Notes: generated by a model from the sequence alone, not told the origin. 48,158 nt of DNA from Paraglomus brasilianum (GCA_910592345.1 CAJVPI010000153.1:1-48158), one strand, 5' to 3'; positions 1 to 12,017 are shown, counted from the first letter of the stretch. Translations and numbers: made by a program.

Positions 1-25
1 TAATATCTCTCGTGAATGTCTGCAT
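1..25 (-). CDS. 5' end (MQTFTRDI...) of copy A of the multi-TM membrane protein gene; runs off the window start
   Basis: Reverse complement of 1-25 is identical to the first 8 codons of the CDSs starting at 19103 (+) and 47197 (-); ATG at 25-23. Confidence 0.85.
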
Positions 26-1158
26 TTCAGAATCTGAGAGTTTAGAAGTAAAGCAATAAATCTGTGGAGGGATGGTCGTAAGTTGCTGAAGTTTATCACT
101 TAGACCTTATTGATATTGCAATCATGTTATAGACTTTTGTTCGGCCAATTATTTATTTGCCAGACCACTTTTGTTACTCCTTGATTACTAATTTCGTAAA
201 ACGTTAAACGTACCTAGCTGCTAGTACAACAAACATTGCTAGCGTAACGGAATTATAATTCCTCGGAAGCACCCTACTCATGTCAAATTTATTCCGGACA
301 ATATTATTGTGACTATTGTTTGTTTTAATAACAATGAAATCGATATCAAACGAAGTCGACATTGATTTTGGAAGAAGGGGGAATTGCTTATCCTCCTATA
401 AATAGATAATACAAATTTTCTTTTTTGCTTACGCTCGTAAATACTGAGCTAATTCAAACAATGCGGATATATATAGGTACACAACCGTTTAGACTTTCTT
501 TATAGGCAGTATCAATTGTTTATAGCCTTTTGGTCTCGCAAAATATAGTAAGTTGGCCATTGCAATAATACCAATCGGTCGATTGGTTGTCGTCATCCGG
601 AGATTCTGGTTGCCGCTCTATTTGCCCTGTGTATGATGGCATAAGCCGTAATATTAATATATCATTGTCATTAAATGCAGGCGCAAAGTTACATGCAAAT
701 TGACCTCCATAGCAATCACTACTATCCATCATAAAGAAATACCTTTAAATGTATCAGCGTTCCGCGCCCTCGATGGAATCATGAACAACGTATTTCGAAA
801 ATGTAAGTTTTTCTGAAAAAAAAAATATTGTCCCCCGCGCCCTTTCGTATGATAATTATGTAATTCGTGGAATTGGGTGCATTTGTGCATTAACCATATA
901 CTAACGATTACCGTTCAAGGTATTCAACCCGCTGGCCCATAGCTTGATTCTTCACATCGGGGTCGAATCCACTTGCTGAACGGTCGAAGTCTTCCAAGGA
1001 ATCGCGATGGAGAGAGCTCCTAGCGAAGATGTCTACTATTTGCGTTAGACACAACTCATAAACAAGCACGAAAACATACTATTCATAATAGTACATACCT
1101 GACATTCAAGTTACACATCACTCAACGTACCCCAACGGTTGCTAACCGCGGATGACTA
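1..1158 (-). repeat. Duplicated block copy A (gene start plus ~1.1 kb upstream); inverted relative to 17849-19127
   Basis: Colinear reverse-complement match to 17849-19127 with indels; homology ends at GCTAACCGCGGATGACTA (1141-1158). Confidence 0.95.
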
Positions 1159-2303
1159 TCTTATGTGTTGTATGTCAATTTGGAATTATGTCAATCTAGA
1201 ATTGACATAAGGAATTGAATAATCAATGAAGGCAACGTATTTTATTATTTATTATCAAGACTATAATAATTGCATATGCGTTAACCATAATGTATCATAT
1301 ACTCAATTTCATGCTTCTCATATCAAACGCTAATTTGTTCAGCAAATAGAAGTGAGTTGAGCTTACTACAATCCACCCCCCTCTGACAAATATAGTGTAT
1401 AATCATCTGAGAATCAAGTTTTCGATGACAAGTTTATTAGATTCGAATAATGTATTACATTATTAGGTACATGTCTTTGCTATTGCGATTTACTTCATAC
1501 AGTTCTACTGAAGACAAACTAGCATTTCACAACCTGTAAGAAATATGGTTATACCATATTACATCGTTGTTAAATTGCATCTATGATTCTTTACACTATC
1601 CCCTCCGCATACCTTTTCATTATGACAACTTGCTCGGCTCGATGTTTCTGTCATCGTTAGTGTAGAGGCAAATGTTTTCAACTATCAAAATATGAATTAT
1701 GCCTGAATTTAGCATTTGAAACTGATGTCAAGTATCGAAGCATTCATATTACACTATTAAAGATCAAATATCAGTCTCGTTTAACTGTCAGATTGTATAG
1801 TCATGTTTACATTCTAAATACGATCGGACCAACATTTACAGTCTAACCATATTCCAACGCAAATCATCGTATGATGGATTTTATCCACCAATAATTTCAA
1901 TGCAAATCATCATAACATTGACAGTCTAACCATAATGCTAACGTATACCTAAGAAATCAGTACCTGTTCACCAAGCAAAGTTTGATTAATTTACAAGGAT
2001 CAAATGCAATTGTAAGACAAACTGCTCTACAACTCTATATTTTTAAAACGACGGATTGCAACAACCATAGTCGATTGCAACGATAAAAACCCCAAGTTAT
2101 TCTCTTTAATATGATTAACAGTTTGTTTCCGTTAGCAATTAATGATTTATTTATCGCTGCAAGAGCGTTTATTGTTACATTATTTCTTTCAAGTAAAAAG
2201 TAAAAATGACAAACATAAGCAGAAGATATCCTTCACATGAAATTGAATAAATGCTAGATCAATAAATAATTCCAAGCGCCGATATGTTACCCATCGTTTC
2301 TGT

Positions 2304-2870
2304 TTACGATGTCTCTGCGGTACTGCTAGTAGCGGTAGTAGTGGGAGCGACACTGTTAGTAGTATTTACGCAGTCTATGACAGTTTCTACTGATGCTACT
2401 CCAAGAATTCTCTCGTTACGAGGAACTGATCCCCCAATTGATGCAAACTCTTCTACGACAAAGCAACATTGGCCTGCGATTTTGTTGATTGATAGACTTC
2501 TCGATGTGAGGATTGGCGTGTTGAAAGACTCAGAGTCCAAGTCGATGGTGGCAGGGTCTCCAGGTTGTTCGGTGCTGGCCGTGCTGCAATTGGCCACATG
2601 AAGATCAAAGGTACCGTCAATTGCTCCGTTTATTGCTCCCTCAATATTTATAAAGCCATCGATTTGCAAAACGGTTTTGGGCGATTGCACAAATTGGAGA
2701 TACCCGTTAAATGTGTTGCCAGTAAATCCGGGCGAATTCACGGGAACGTCGCCTTGTGTAAACACACATCTAGAAATAGGACAACATTTTTCGAGAGGAG
2801 CGGCATTGGCTGGTGTGGGGTCAGTGAATATCAAAGCGGCCAAGAGGGAAAGAAAATAGACTGATTTCAT
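2304..2870 (-). CDS. Small secreted Cys-rich protein (188 aa), probable degenerate Cu/Zn-SOD-like beta-sandwich with a Ser/Thr-rich tail
   Basis: Intact ORF with signal peptide MKSVYFLSLLAALIF...ANA, 7 Cys, beta-strand pattern GYLQFVQ/LQIDGFI/FDLHVANC/LSINKIAGQCCFVV/RILGVASV; TTTTATA about 100 bp upstream. Confidence 0.8.
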   Translation of the reverse strand: MKSVYFLSLLAALIFTDPTPANAAPLEKCCPISRCVFTQGDVPVNSPGFTGNTFNGYLQFVQSPKTVLQIDGFINIEGAINGAIDGTFDLHVANCSTASTEQPGDPATIDLDSESFNTPILTSRSLSINKIAGQCCFVVEEFASIGGSVPRNERILGVASVETVIDCVNTTNSVAPTTTATSSTAETS

Positions 2871-3829
2871 TTCGAATTAATTTTTTGAATTTCTTTCGTG
2901 GGGGGCTTGCCAGTTGACTATTATAATTATTCGTCGTTGGAAGTGGGGGAGGAAACTTCGAATTGCACTCGATTTTATAGCTCTCGAACCGAAATTTGTT
3001 AGCTCTCTTTCCACAGGTATTTTTTCTTGTTAAATTTTAATTAATGATGTCATTCGACTTTACCACATAATCCCATTGTACACCAAGCCTTCGATAAGAG
3101 TGATGTAACAATCTCGACATAATGATATCATTTGATTCCGTAAAATGTGCCAACTCGGTAACGATTTGTTGTGGATACATTTAAGACAAATTTCCACCAC
3201 TTTGTTTTTTAATCATCGTGAACGCTCGACAGTATGCGATTCAAGTAATCTATGCCTGCTTCAATCTCACATATCTGTTAACACAGTCTTTCAGCGGATA
3301 GTAATAGGTGAGATGGCTAACAGAATTTCGCCTAACCTAATCAAATCTGTGCTTACCATATTTAAGCTGATCGTCTATTATTATTATGAGGACCCCTTCC
3401 ATAAACCTGTTTTAGTAAAGACTAACGAGATCCTTTTAGATAATAAGAATAACATGCTTTGGTCTATAGTAAGACCACTCATCAGAGTGAACGAAAACTG
3501 ACGTATTAGTATGCACTTTCCCCACACACAACAAATTCCCTATTGGGACTATTTTGGTAATAAAGAAAAATCTGTTAAGTTTGTGCAACAAATATCTTTG
3601 ATTCTTTGAACATCTCTCTGCCGTGTGCGAATAAAACAGTCGAATTGCTACGTTACGTCCTGTACTTATCCATAGTTAGATATCGGATGAGATCTTAACT
3701 CGAAGGTTGCTGTTGGCTATTGCATTAAAAAAATGACATTTTTCTCTACGGCTTCTTACTGTTATGTTCGTCTAATTCTACAATCAAGATTGGGTAGAAA
3801 TTTGCTTTGTAAGTTACTCGATAGGATTA

Positions 3830-3930
3830 CAAGTGGCTCTCGATATAAGAACCCTTCGATATAAGAAACTTTCGATATAAGAAAGGAATTTGTTGGGTCC
3901 CGATCACTTTCTTATATCGAGAGCCACTTG
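3830..3930. mobile_element. 101-bp Tc1/mariner (pogo-type) MITE
   Basis: Perfect 22-bp TIRs CAAGTGGCTCTCGATATAAGAA / TTCTTATATCGAGAGCCACTTG; TA on both sides (3828-29, 3931-32); TCGATATAAGAA three times at 16-bp period. Confidence 0.9.
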
Positions 3931-4032
3931 TATAAACTACAAGTATGATTCACGTTAATATTGATTGACATACTAATGCTTGAAAGTCACCTTTCCAGGA
4001 ATAATTGAAAAGAAAAGAATACAATACGCAGG

Positions 4033-4075
4033 ACAGAAACTGTTCAACAACCACAGAAACTGCTCAACAACCACA
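4033..4075. repeat. 20-bp tandem duplication
   Basis: ACAGAAACTG(T/C)TCAACAACC x2. Confidence 0.85.
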
Positions 4076-5057
4076 TTATGTCCGATTCCAACCACACATT
4101 GCAAAACTTTCCCTTTGCATAATAGTTCTCAAATGACAAGCTTTGATCTATCTAGATTGTAGAAGACTTTGCATGTCATATCTATATTGAATTTCATAGA
4201 ATCAGGTGAGGCACATCATGCATTATGTTTGATTTCGATATCTAGTCTTCTCCCCTCTTTGCCGCCTATGTTTAAACTTTATGATTTAACTCGCGTTCAA
4301 AAAGGGTCTCCGCAATTCTTCATTTCATCCTATCATAGTACATTGTGGCCAGCGAGCGCGTATGCTATTCGGAAAATTGGATCTTCCTGTATGTACGTGT
4401 ATCCGCCGCCAAACAGTGATTGAATCAAAATTCACGGGGTAAATCTATCGTGAGCGATTTCCTAAAATTCCGCTTCACAGTCTTTACATACTAGCGCTAA
4501 TAATAACGATTCCCGCAAATGTTGGACTTTACCTCACGATACCAAACCTTTTACTCTAACAAGCTTTACTATATCCCCGCTCTTAAAGACTTTTGCTTCC
4601 AATAAATAGTAATTGTAAAACTTGAGAAGAACAACTGGAAAACCAACTGTGATGGAAAAATCAATGAGAATTATCTAGAGATTTTTAGAAATGAGCCTTT
4701 ATTGATTATCCTTCTTTTTTTTTTAGCATTTAACGTTCGTGATTATTATAAAGTTGCTATTACCAATGTTAATATCTGATCTAACAGCGTTATTCATGTG
4801 ATATTATCCATATGAATAACGCCGCCCTATTCTCTCTTTTTTTTTTTGGACTTCGGTCTTTCACGTCGACTTTCCATTACGCGGGAAGGAAGCGTAACCC
4901 CCATTGTTTTTTGTTTTTTTTTGGTCTACGATTATTTTTTTTGTCATATTATTTCGCTCGTACAGATTTTTCAAGAAACCGATATGTGCGCTCGGTCGTT
5001 TTCCAGTAGCCGTTTGATAACTCATAATCAATCTAATTGTGCGGAGGAGGGAGGGAT

Positions 5058-5102
5058 GGAGGAGGAGGAGGAGGAGGAGGAGGAGGAGGAGGAGGAGGAG
5101 GA
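5058..5102. repeat. (GGA)15 microsatellite
   Basis: Read directly from the sequence; downstream of the APSES gene. Confidence 0.95.
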
Positions 5103-5383
5103 TCTGTGGTTGGGAGTTTTTTTCCCCAAAATTTATCAGGTTATCACATGATCTAGTATTATTCACCGCGCATACCAGGGCGATATGCACTATAAATATT
5201 CGATTTTCAATATTTCTCATTTAAAAGTAAGATTATCTTAGCTATTTATTAACATTTTAATTACAATACATGTCAAACATAAATTGCTTTCCAAATAAAA
5301 AAAAGAAACCTACACTACAAACACCCCCGACAAGCACCCCGGACAAACACGCTATCAAACATACCCCCTCCCCCCAAATCCGT

Positions 5384-8287
5384 TCACTCTGCTGCAGATA
5401 GAGTAGTCAGTACAAGTGCATCCAAGCTTTTCTCGAGAGAACTGAATTCCGGCGACAAGGACGAGGCCAGTCGCAGTAAGAGTTTGTATCGGATGAGTTT
5501 ATCGTCGCGATGAATTATTTTCTCTGAAAGAGTAGATATTGCTTGGTTTCGTGTTTCCTGTATTTCCTGCAGTTCCTTGCGAAGTTTATCGACCCTGTTT
5601 TTGTTGTTTGAATTGCGCGTTAATGGGATAAATGTATATATGGTTTTGGCGATGGTGAATAATACTTACATATCCAGCTTGCCTCCATTAAATACAACCG
5701 CTTTGTCCTCCTTCTCCATTTCCTCACTGATCATTTCATCCAACCTCAACCCTCTATTCTTTTTAATCTCCTCTTTCACAAACCACTCTAGCTCTGCCAC
5801 TTTCTTCTTCATCCCGTTTATTTCTTGTGCTTTTTTATTTATGTCTTCAGCCACCTGCTTTCCAGCTTCCATTTCTTTCTGACACTGCGCCAACTTCTGT
5901 TGCATCTTTCCTAGTTCGTCGTCTAACGACCGCAGTCGCTCATCATACGATGATTGAAATTCTTGCATTATTTGAGTAGCACTGGGCAGTAAGTTTTCTC
6001 GAGTCCCTCGTAAGCCATTTAACGCCGATGATGAAGCTGGTGGAGGAATCGTATCACAGTTATTGTATGGATGCTGGCATGGACTCGGACTAGGAAGAGA
6101 ACTAGCACGTATTCTAGCTTCAGCATCTAATTCTAAAATGTAGTCTTCTACGTTTTTCCCTTCCTTGTTTCGAATGGTAGGATCAGCTCCATGGTCCATT
6201 AAAAGACGTACCAGTTTTTTATTAGCATGTTTTGCTGCAATTACTAACGTAGTGTCTCCAAGCGAGTTCTTACAATTGATGACAAACAAGCGAATGCGCT
6301 CGTCCGAATGTTCTGCTAGTCGCCGTAGAACCAGCTCCATGTAATATTTCGATGGTCCTACTCGACCCCTTGCTCCAGCTGCAATCGCTATATGATGTAA
6401 TACGTTTTGCCTATTGTGATCTGTTAGACCGATCGTTGGGTGAAGCAAGTCCAACAGTTGGTCGAATACATGATTCTCTTGGTTGTATGGAAACATCACA
6501 CTCCGCATTAATGCTGTTTCTCCATGCATATTCTGGGCATCAATCCGCGCTCCCGCTTGTATTAATAATCGTGCCATTTCTACGTTCGCCATTGCAGCCG
6601 ACCAGTGTAGTGCCGTATGATCCTGCTGATCGATGACTACGTTCGGATCAAAGTCGACGGGCGGGTTTATGATAAAGTCTGGTATTTGTGCAGCATTCGT
6701 GGTGAAATACCGTAACATTGCCTCTCCATATTGTCTGGCTAGAGACTGGGAGAGAGAGGTTCTAGATAGTTTGTGAGCACGTCCATTGTGGTCATTACCA
6801 TTTCTTCTCTTTCGCCGTGCTCTTTGTATGGATGACCCCACGTCTGATTCGGTTGAATCGTTTGCCGAGTCTAATTGAGCCGGCGTATGGGAAAGCGAGG
6901 ATACTTCTGATGTGTGAGTAGATTGGGGGGAGGCCGCGCTGATTATTTCGTTTGTGTCTGCATCTGTTTCTTCTACTGGTTCGACACGAGGTGATTCGAG
7001 GCGTTCTTTTTTTAAAGATTTCTTCGTTACGCGTGGTTTGATTGGTTTTGTGTCTTTGGGTTCACGTGGTTTACGTGGTTTATTTGATGCCGCTGTTACG
7101 TGCTTGGGTGCTAATGGGGGACTATCGGCAGTCGGTACAAAGTCTATTATTGGTCGTAGAACTTCTTTGACACCGTACTTTCCTGCTAACTCTACGCCTA
7201 TTTGATAGGGTACCCAAGTACCTGCAACGCAGAGTATACGTGAGATGAGAGAGGAAAATTCGTCAGTTTGATAAAGATCAATGAACGTTGTAAAATGTCA
7301 ACAAATGTCCATATTATGAATGGTAGACCGTTATTATTTAAATAACGCGAAGAGAATATCGTTGAAACGCGTCAAATAAATCGATACACGCTATGGATTC
7401 AAAATGACGTGTTTCAAGCACCATTCACAGGACGTGCGTTCTCCGATATCTATCCAACTAGGTAAAAAAAATTCCCATATTGCAAGTATAACCAGTTCCA
7501 TTGAACTAAATTTGCCAAACATGAGAATCTAGGATGATACAACCTACCTTGATATTTTCCATACCCTCCCTGCACTTTTTCATGATCACCCTTCTGGACT
7601 TCACGTTCTAAAATCCTAGTTCGATGTGGTTTATCGAACTCAGCTACTTTGAGTATTTGGGTGGCGTTTAACCATCCATCTATAGTATGTGAAAAAGGGG
7701 GTGGTAGTAGAGGGGGGGAGAAGGGGGGATTGATTAATGCAGATTGTGTTAGAATAATAGATATCGAGAGACCTGGAATGAGTAAATTAATTAAACATGG
7801 AAATAACCTGTTTTCCTTCTCATCACTTTATAAAAGCCGAATAGAAACGTTAGTATGAATAAACAACTGGCAGACAAGAAAAATTGATACACCATGATGT
7901 AATATTGTTATGACTGTATAATACGTTAGATATTATCTTTCATCTACATTACATAACACATTTTGCATTTTATGGTCTTTGTACATCCAATACAAATTTG
8001 TTGCTTCATCCTCTTTAATATACCAGATACTTGCCTGCGATGCCTATAAAGAGAGCCATCACGTAAAATAAAATGGTATTAGTATAGGGTTCTGTCCTGT
8101 GTTAGACAGAGGTTCTTGTTCTATATAGACCAAGTAAGTTATTCCTACCTTTGCATCTGAACTCCCATACACCCACACCGGAATATGTAGCTTTGTAGAT
8201 CTGCATGTCAGACAAAATGGTAGGAGTATTTACAGTGCTCGGTGAGCTGGTTGCAGTTGTTCTTGACGGTGTTGTACTATTATCCAT
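5384..8287 (-). CDS. MBF/SBF-family G1/S transcription factor (APSES/KilA-N domain, ankyrin repeats, C-terminal coiled coil; Mbp1/Swi4/Res1/Res2-like). Exons 8287-8149, 8043-8035, 7825-7808, 7679-7548, 7221-5670, 5594-5384
   Basis: Spliced translation gives [75 protein letters not shown], a canonical APSES domain; ankyrin motifs [30 protein letters not shown]; intron phases are consistent; TGA at 5386-5384. Confidence 0.93.
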
Positions 8288-9950
8288 TCTATCAGTTATT
8301 ATTATTTTTTTCCAAGTGACAGCCTAGTAAATAGATCTAATAAGTACGTGTGATGGAAAGTTGGTTGAAACTCGCGGTTTGTGTATATGGCGGTGTGCAA
8401 AAGATAGATTAATTTGGTTAGCGAGTGGGGTAAATATACGGATACTAAAGTTTCACGTAGCAATAATAATGGAACAAAAGCAAAGACAAGATAAGAGCAT
8501 GTGAGTATAGATGTTATGGTAGACCAAGTGAACGTATGTAAAGCGTATGTACAGCTTACTTTCTACTCGTTCATCAAAAGTGGGGAAGCTTAAGTGACGT
8601 TTTGTACAACATTTCCAAAGAGCGTATGAAAAATAGGATGGGAATGCACTTATTTGGGCATTTGTGTCCAACGTTTATTACACTGCGATAATTGTTGGAA
8701 AAAAAGCAGGAGCAAGTCGCAATGGAAGGAAAATCGAGAGGTGGCCAAGTTTTAAACTCGAGTCGACCGAATAGCATGTACAAGGTTGCATATAACGAGT
8801 CTGTGTAATATGTTTAGACGCGACGCGATAGATGAGCTTTTGTGGAAATGAATGATTTTTATATTTGATTTATATGCAAATCACGGGAAAAAGGTTGAAA
8901 TGAAGAATGATACAAACATGTCAGAACTTGCAACTTTTTAAATCACAATATTTCCACATGTATTCTAATGCTAGATACTTGATGTACATATACCGTTGGT
9001 CAAACGAGAGCATATTATATATCGTATTATGTAATACAGTAAGTAATATCATATCATATCATATCTCTCTCTAACATGATGTCGTCATCGATATATGATG
9101 ACGTGAGATTTCAAGTAATTGTTGGATTGCGCCCCAAACTGTTAATATCAACCTTATTATTATTATTACTATGCTTACCATAACTAATCGTCGATTAGCT
9201 AAACCTTTTCGTATTCGACCCCCTCCCCCCAAAATGTATGAACATTGATGAAACATGTTACAACATCTGAACTATGAACATTTATGGGTTTGTAAAATGC
9301 TCGTTAAAAAATAAAGTATTGGAGATGATTTTCTTGCTTAATTGAGCAAGTCTGGTGTGTATGTTTTATGAATGCACGAGCTGGGCGAGTAACTACGATT
9401 GACAAACTCAATATTTACATTAAATCACTATGCGTAATTGGTAATCATTAATACATACATGACTAATGATTGTGTGTAGCAGCCAATATACACTTGTCAT
9501 TCCTATTACATGGAAAAGCTGTCTTTTGGCCTCTGTTTGATTATTCTTGCCATCATTCTTTTTACATTATTTCGACACAACACGCGATTATCATTATCAT
9601 CACAAGAAATTGCTTCGATAATAGTCTTTTGTACTACAATACACCCAATCACAACACCAACTTGAAACATATGGAACGACAGAACTCCCAGCTCTTTCCG
9701 TCTGCTACCGTGACCCGCTCTCTTTCTTTTTATCCCCTACGTGTAAGATCTGTACAAACGATTCTACACCATTTGGCTAGTCGATTTCAAAATCTCATAC
9801 TGTTACCAAACGACCTCCCCCCCAAACGAGACTAATAATAACTACCGGCTCACTCTCCAACTCTCCAAGGAATTAAAAAAAAAAAAAGAGGAACTTAACA
9901 ACCTGATCAGACTAACCGAATAAGTTTTTTTGATTTCTTTTGAAGAAGAG

Positions 9951-11234
9951 ATGGATTTACCACATAATGTCGAGTCAACTCCCGACTCGCCCCACAAATC
10001 ACAAATGCCCACAAGAGACAGAGACTCCATATGGTCACGTTTAGCTGAATCTCTAATCAGCCTCTTCCTTACGTTCTATGAGGATCTCGATCTCTGCGAG
10101 TGGGACTCCTTCCAACGCATCCTCGCTATCACGCTATCAGTCATTTCAAACATCTTTCTCATGGTTTTCAGACTGAACGCACGCGACGACGGTTTTAGTT
10201 GGACAGAAATGGGCTTTTTCACAGCTAGTATCATAAACATGATATTTCTCAGAGCATGTCATAAAGACTACCAATTATTCAGCAGACCACCATGGTCAAA
10301 GCCAAACAGCGATCACGCAAGGCTTGTCGATATCTACCCAAGAAACAACAGGACTACTGATTCATTAATAGGCGCTGCCTTGGCACCGCTGCTTGACATG
10401 TTTGCAACAACAAATAACGACGATGATCAAATATGGGAGTTAAGAGTATGGAGTCCGAACACTTTTTACGTCAGCTTATTCTCTTATTTTCCACCTACCA
10501 ATATATTCATCATTCACTCTATGAATACGCACAACTGGCCGTTTCTCCTCGTCGCTCTTATATTCACAACATCACAGGCTTGCCTTTTGGCAACATTGTA
10601 TTCCGGATACATCAAAGACAAGGAAGTACTATACGCCGAATCGCAGATAGAATACGATTCGTCCTTTGTCAAACGCAAAATATTCACTCTCAAGGCCGAT
10701 GCCACTACCCAGACTAATCAAGAGGTCAGTTGGGATTATTTATACCCGAAAGTAGATAAATTCAATGTAACTGGATTAGTAACTGGAATACCAACAGGAC
10801 CCGTAGCGACAACACCGAGTGAAAATGGGCATTTTACAGGTAGTCTGCTGAACAGCAGAATTGTTGAACATCCGAGCAAGACGAAAGGACAAAATCTGGA
10901 AGACTTTACAGATAATCCTTGGGCTGATGTTAACCCCGGGCATGCAAACAAAGTGGGAAGTGAAACACCAAGAACGCCTGGAAGAAGTAGTAACGGTACG
11001 ATCACAGGCGCGAGAAGAGGATTTGGAACTCAATCGATCAATACAAGGAATCTCGGAAGGAGTAGTAGGAGTAATGGTAATAATAACAACAACAACGCTC
11101 TTAGCAGTATCAATGGGAACAGTAACCATTCTCCGAATGTTACAAAAATAGTAGCATCACCGTCAATATCAGCTCCGTCGTCAACATTTACAACACCGAC
11201 GAAACCAGAGATGATGACACGACGGAGGAGGTAA
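9951..11234 (+). CDS. NUR1: Nuclear rim protein Nur1/Mug154 (DUF2418) family membrane protein; an upstream exon is possible (branch point and AG at ~9911-9945)
   Basis: Several TM segments; motifs WELRVWSP..SLFSYFPP, KDKEVL..E...EYDSSFV, DATTQT; disordered S/T/N-rich tail. Confidence 0.8.
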   Translation: MDLPHNVESTPDSPHKSQMPTRDRDSIWSRLAESLISLFLTFYEDLDLCEWDSFQRILAITLSVISNIFLMVFRLNARDDGFSWTEMGFFTASIINMIFLRACHKDYQLFSRPPWSKPNSDHARLVDIYPRNNRTTDSLIGAALAPLLDMFATTNNDDDQIWELRVWSPNTFYVSLFSYFPPTNIFIIHSMNTHNWPFLLVALIFTTSQACLLATLYSGYIKDKEVLYAESQIEYDSSFVKRKIFTLKADATTQTNQEVSWDYLYPKVDKFNVTGLVTGIPTGPVATTPSENGHFTGSLLNSRIVEHPSKTKGQNLEDFTDNPWADVNPGHANKVGSETPRTPGRSSNGTITGARRGFGTQSINTRNLGRSSRSNGNNNNNNALSSINGNSNHSPNVTKIVASPSISAPSSTFTTPTKPEMMTRRRR

Positions 11235-12017
11235 TGACGAGAAAAATTACGGATTTTTTTTACTAGTAAATCACCGCTGGCTTTTTTTATTTCGAATTTC
11301 TAGAAAAAGGAACATTGCATTTTTTTTTTTTTCATTTCATTTTTTCCCTTTATTCATTAGAAGGCTTTTTTCCCCTTTTCTTTTTTTTTTTTTTTTTTTA
11401 CTTTTAATTATGTTTATTTAGAATCAGGCGGGGAGGGTGGAGCGGAGATGAAATAACAAGATTATCTTTTCATTGCATATAAGCATGAGCATAGTAAATA
11501 TACACGACAAAGAACTACTTTACCTTTTTACTGAGCAAGTTGGCGTTCATTCCTAATTCCAGTGGATTGAATATTCAACTTTTTTGTGTGATCTTGTCTC
11601 AACTGAGCAAACCAGAGACAATCGCGGACTAGAATGTCCGTTGCGTCTTTTCCCAGGTCCCCAAGTAAATAAATTAGCATGTTTGATCACCGTTGTACAA
11701 CACCGTGGTGTTGCACAATGTTCTTATTCATGTGACATTACAATGTTAAAATGCAATCACCTGACAAAGCTGGCGGAACAATGGACAATGGCTATACTCA
11801 ACATGGTATATACGTTTGTTGTTAAGCAAACAATTATACAAACGTCTGGAATGCCCATTGTATCAATTAATTAATTCATTAATTTGTCTATCGTACACAT
11901 GCTTGCATGGAATATCAATCCTATAGCATCTTGGGGATCTTGGGGATCGGGATTTTCACTTCCGAGAATATGATACGTCCACACAACTATAGTTCGTCCA
12001 CGCCGTCCCCAATCTGT

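Noticed and set aside
3840..3883. Three TCGATATAAGAA repeats resembling a mini-CRISPR
   Set aside because: 12-bp units with 4-bp spacers inside a TIR element in a eukaryote; no cas genes.
4812..5224. ORFs with poly-E, poly-R or poly-L tracts
   Set aside because: Artefacts of the (GGA)n microsatellite and T-runs.
5666..6841. Stand-alone 391-aa ankyrin ORF
   Set aside because: It is part of exon 5 of the APSES gene; its start is an internal GTG and its stop lies in an intron donor.
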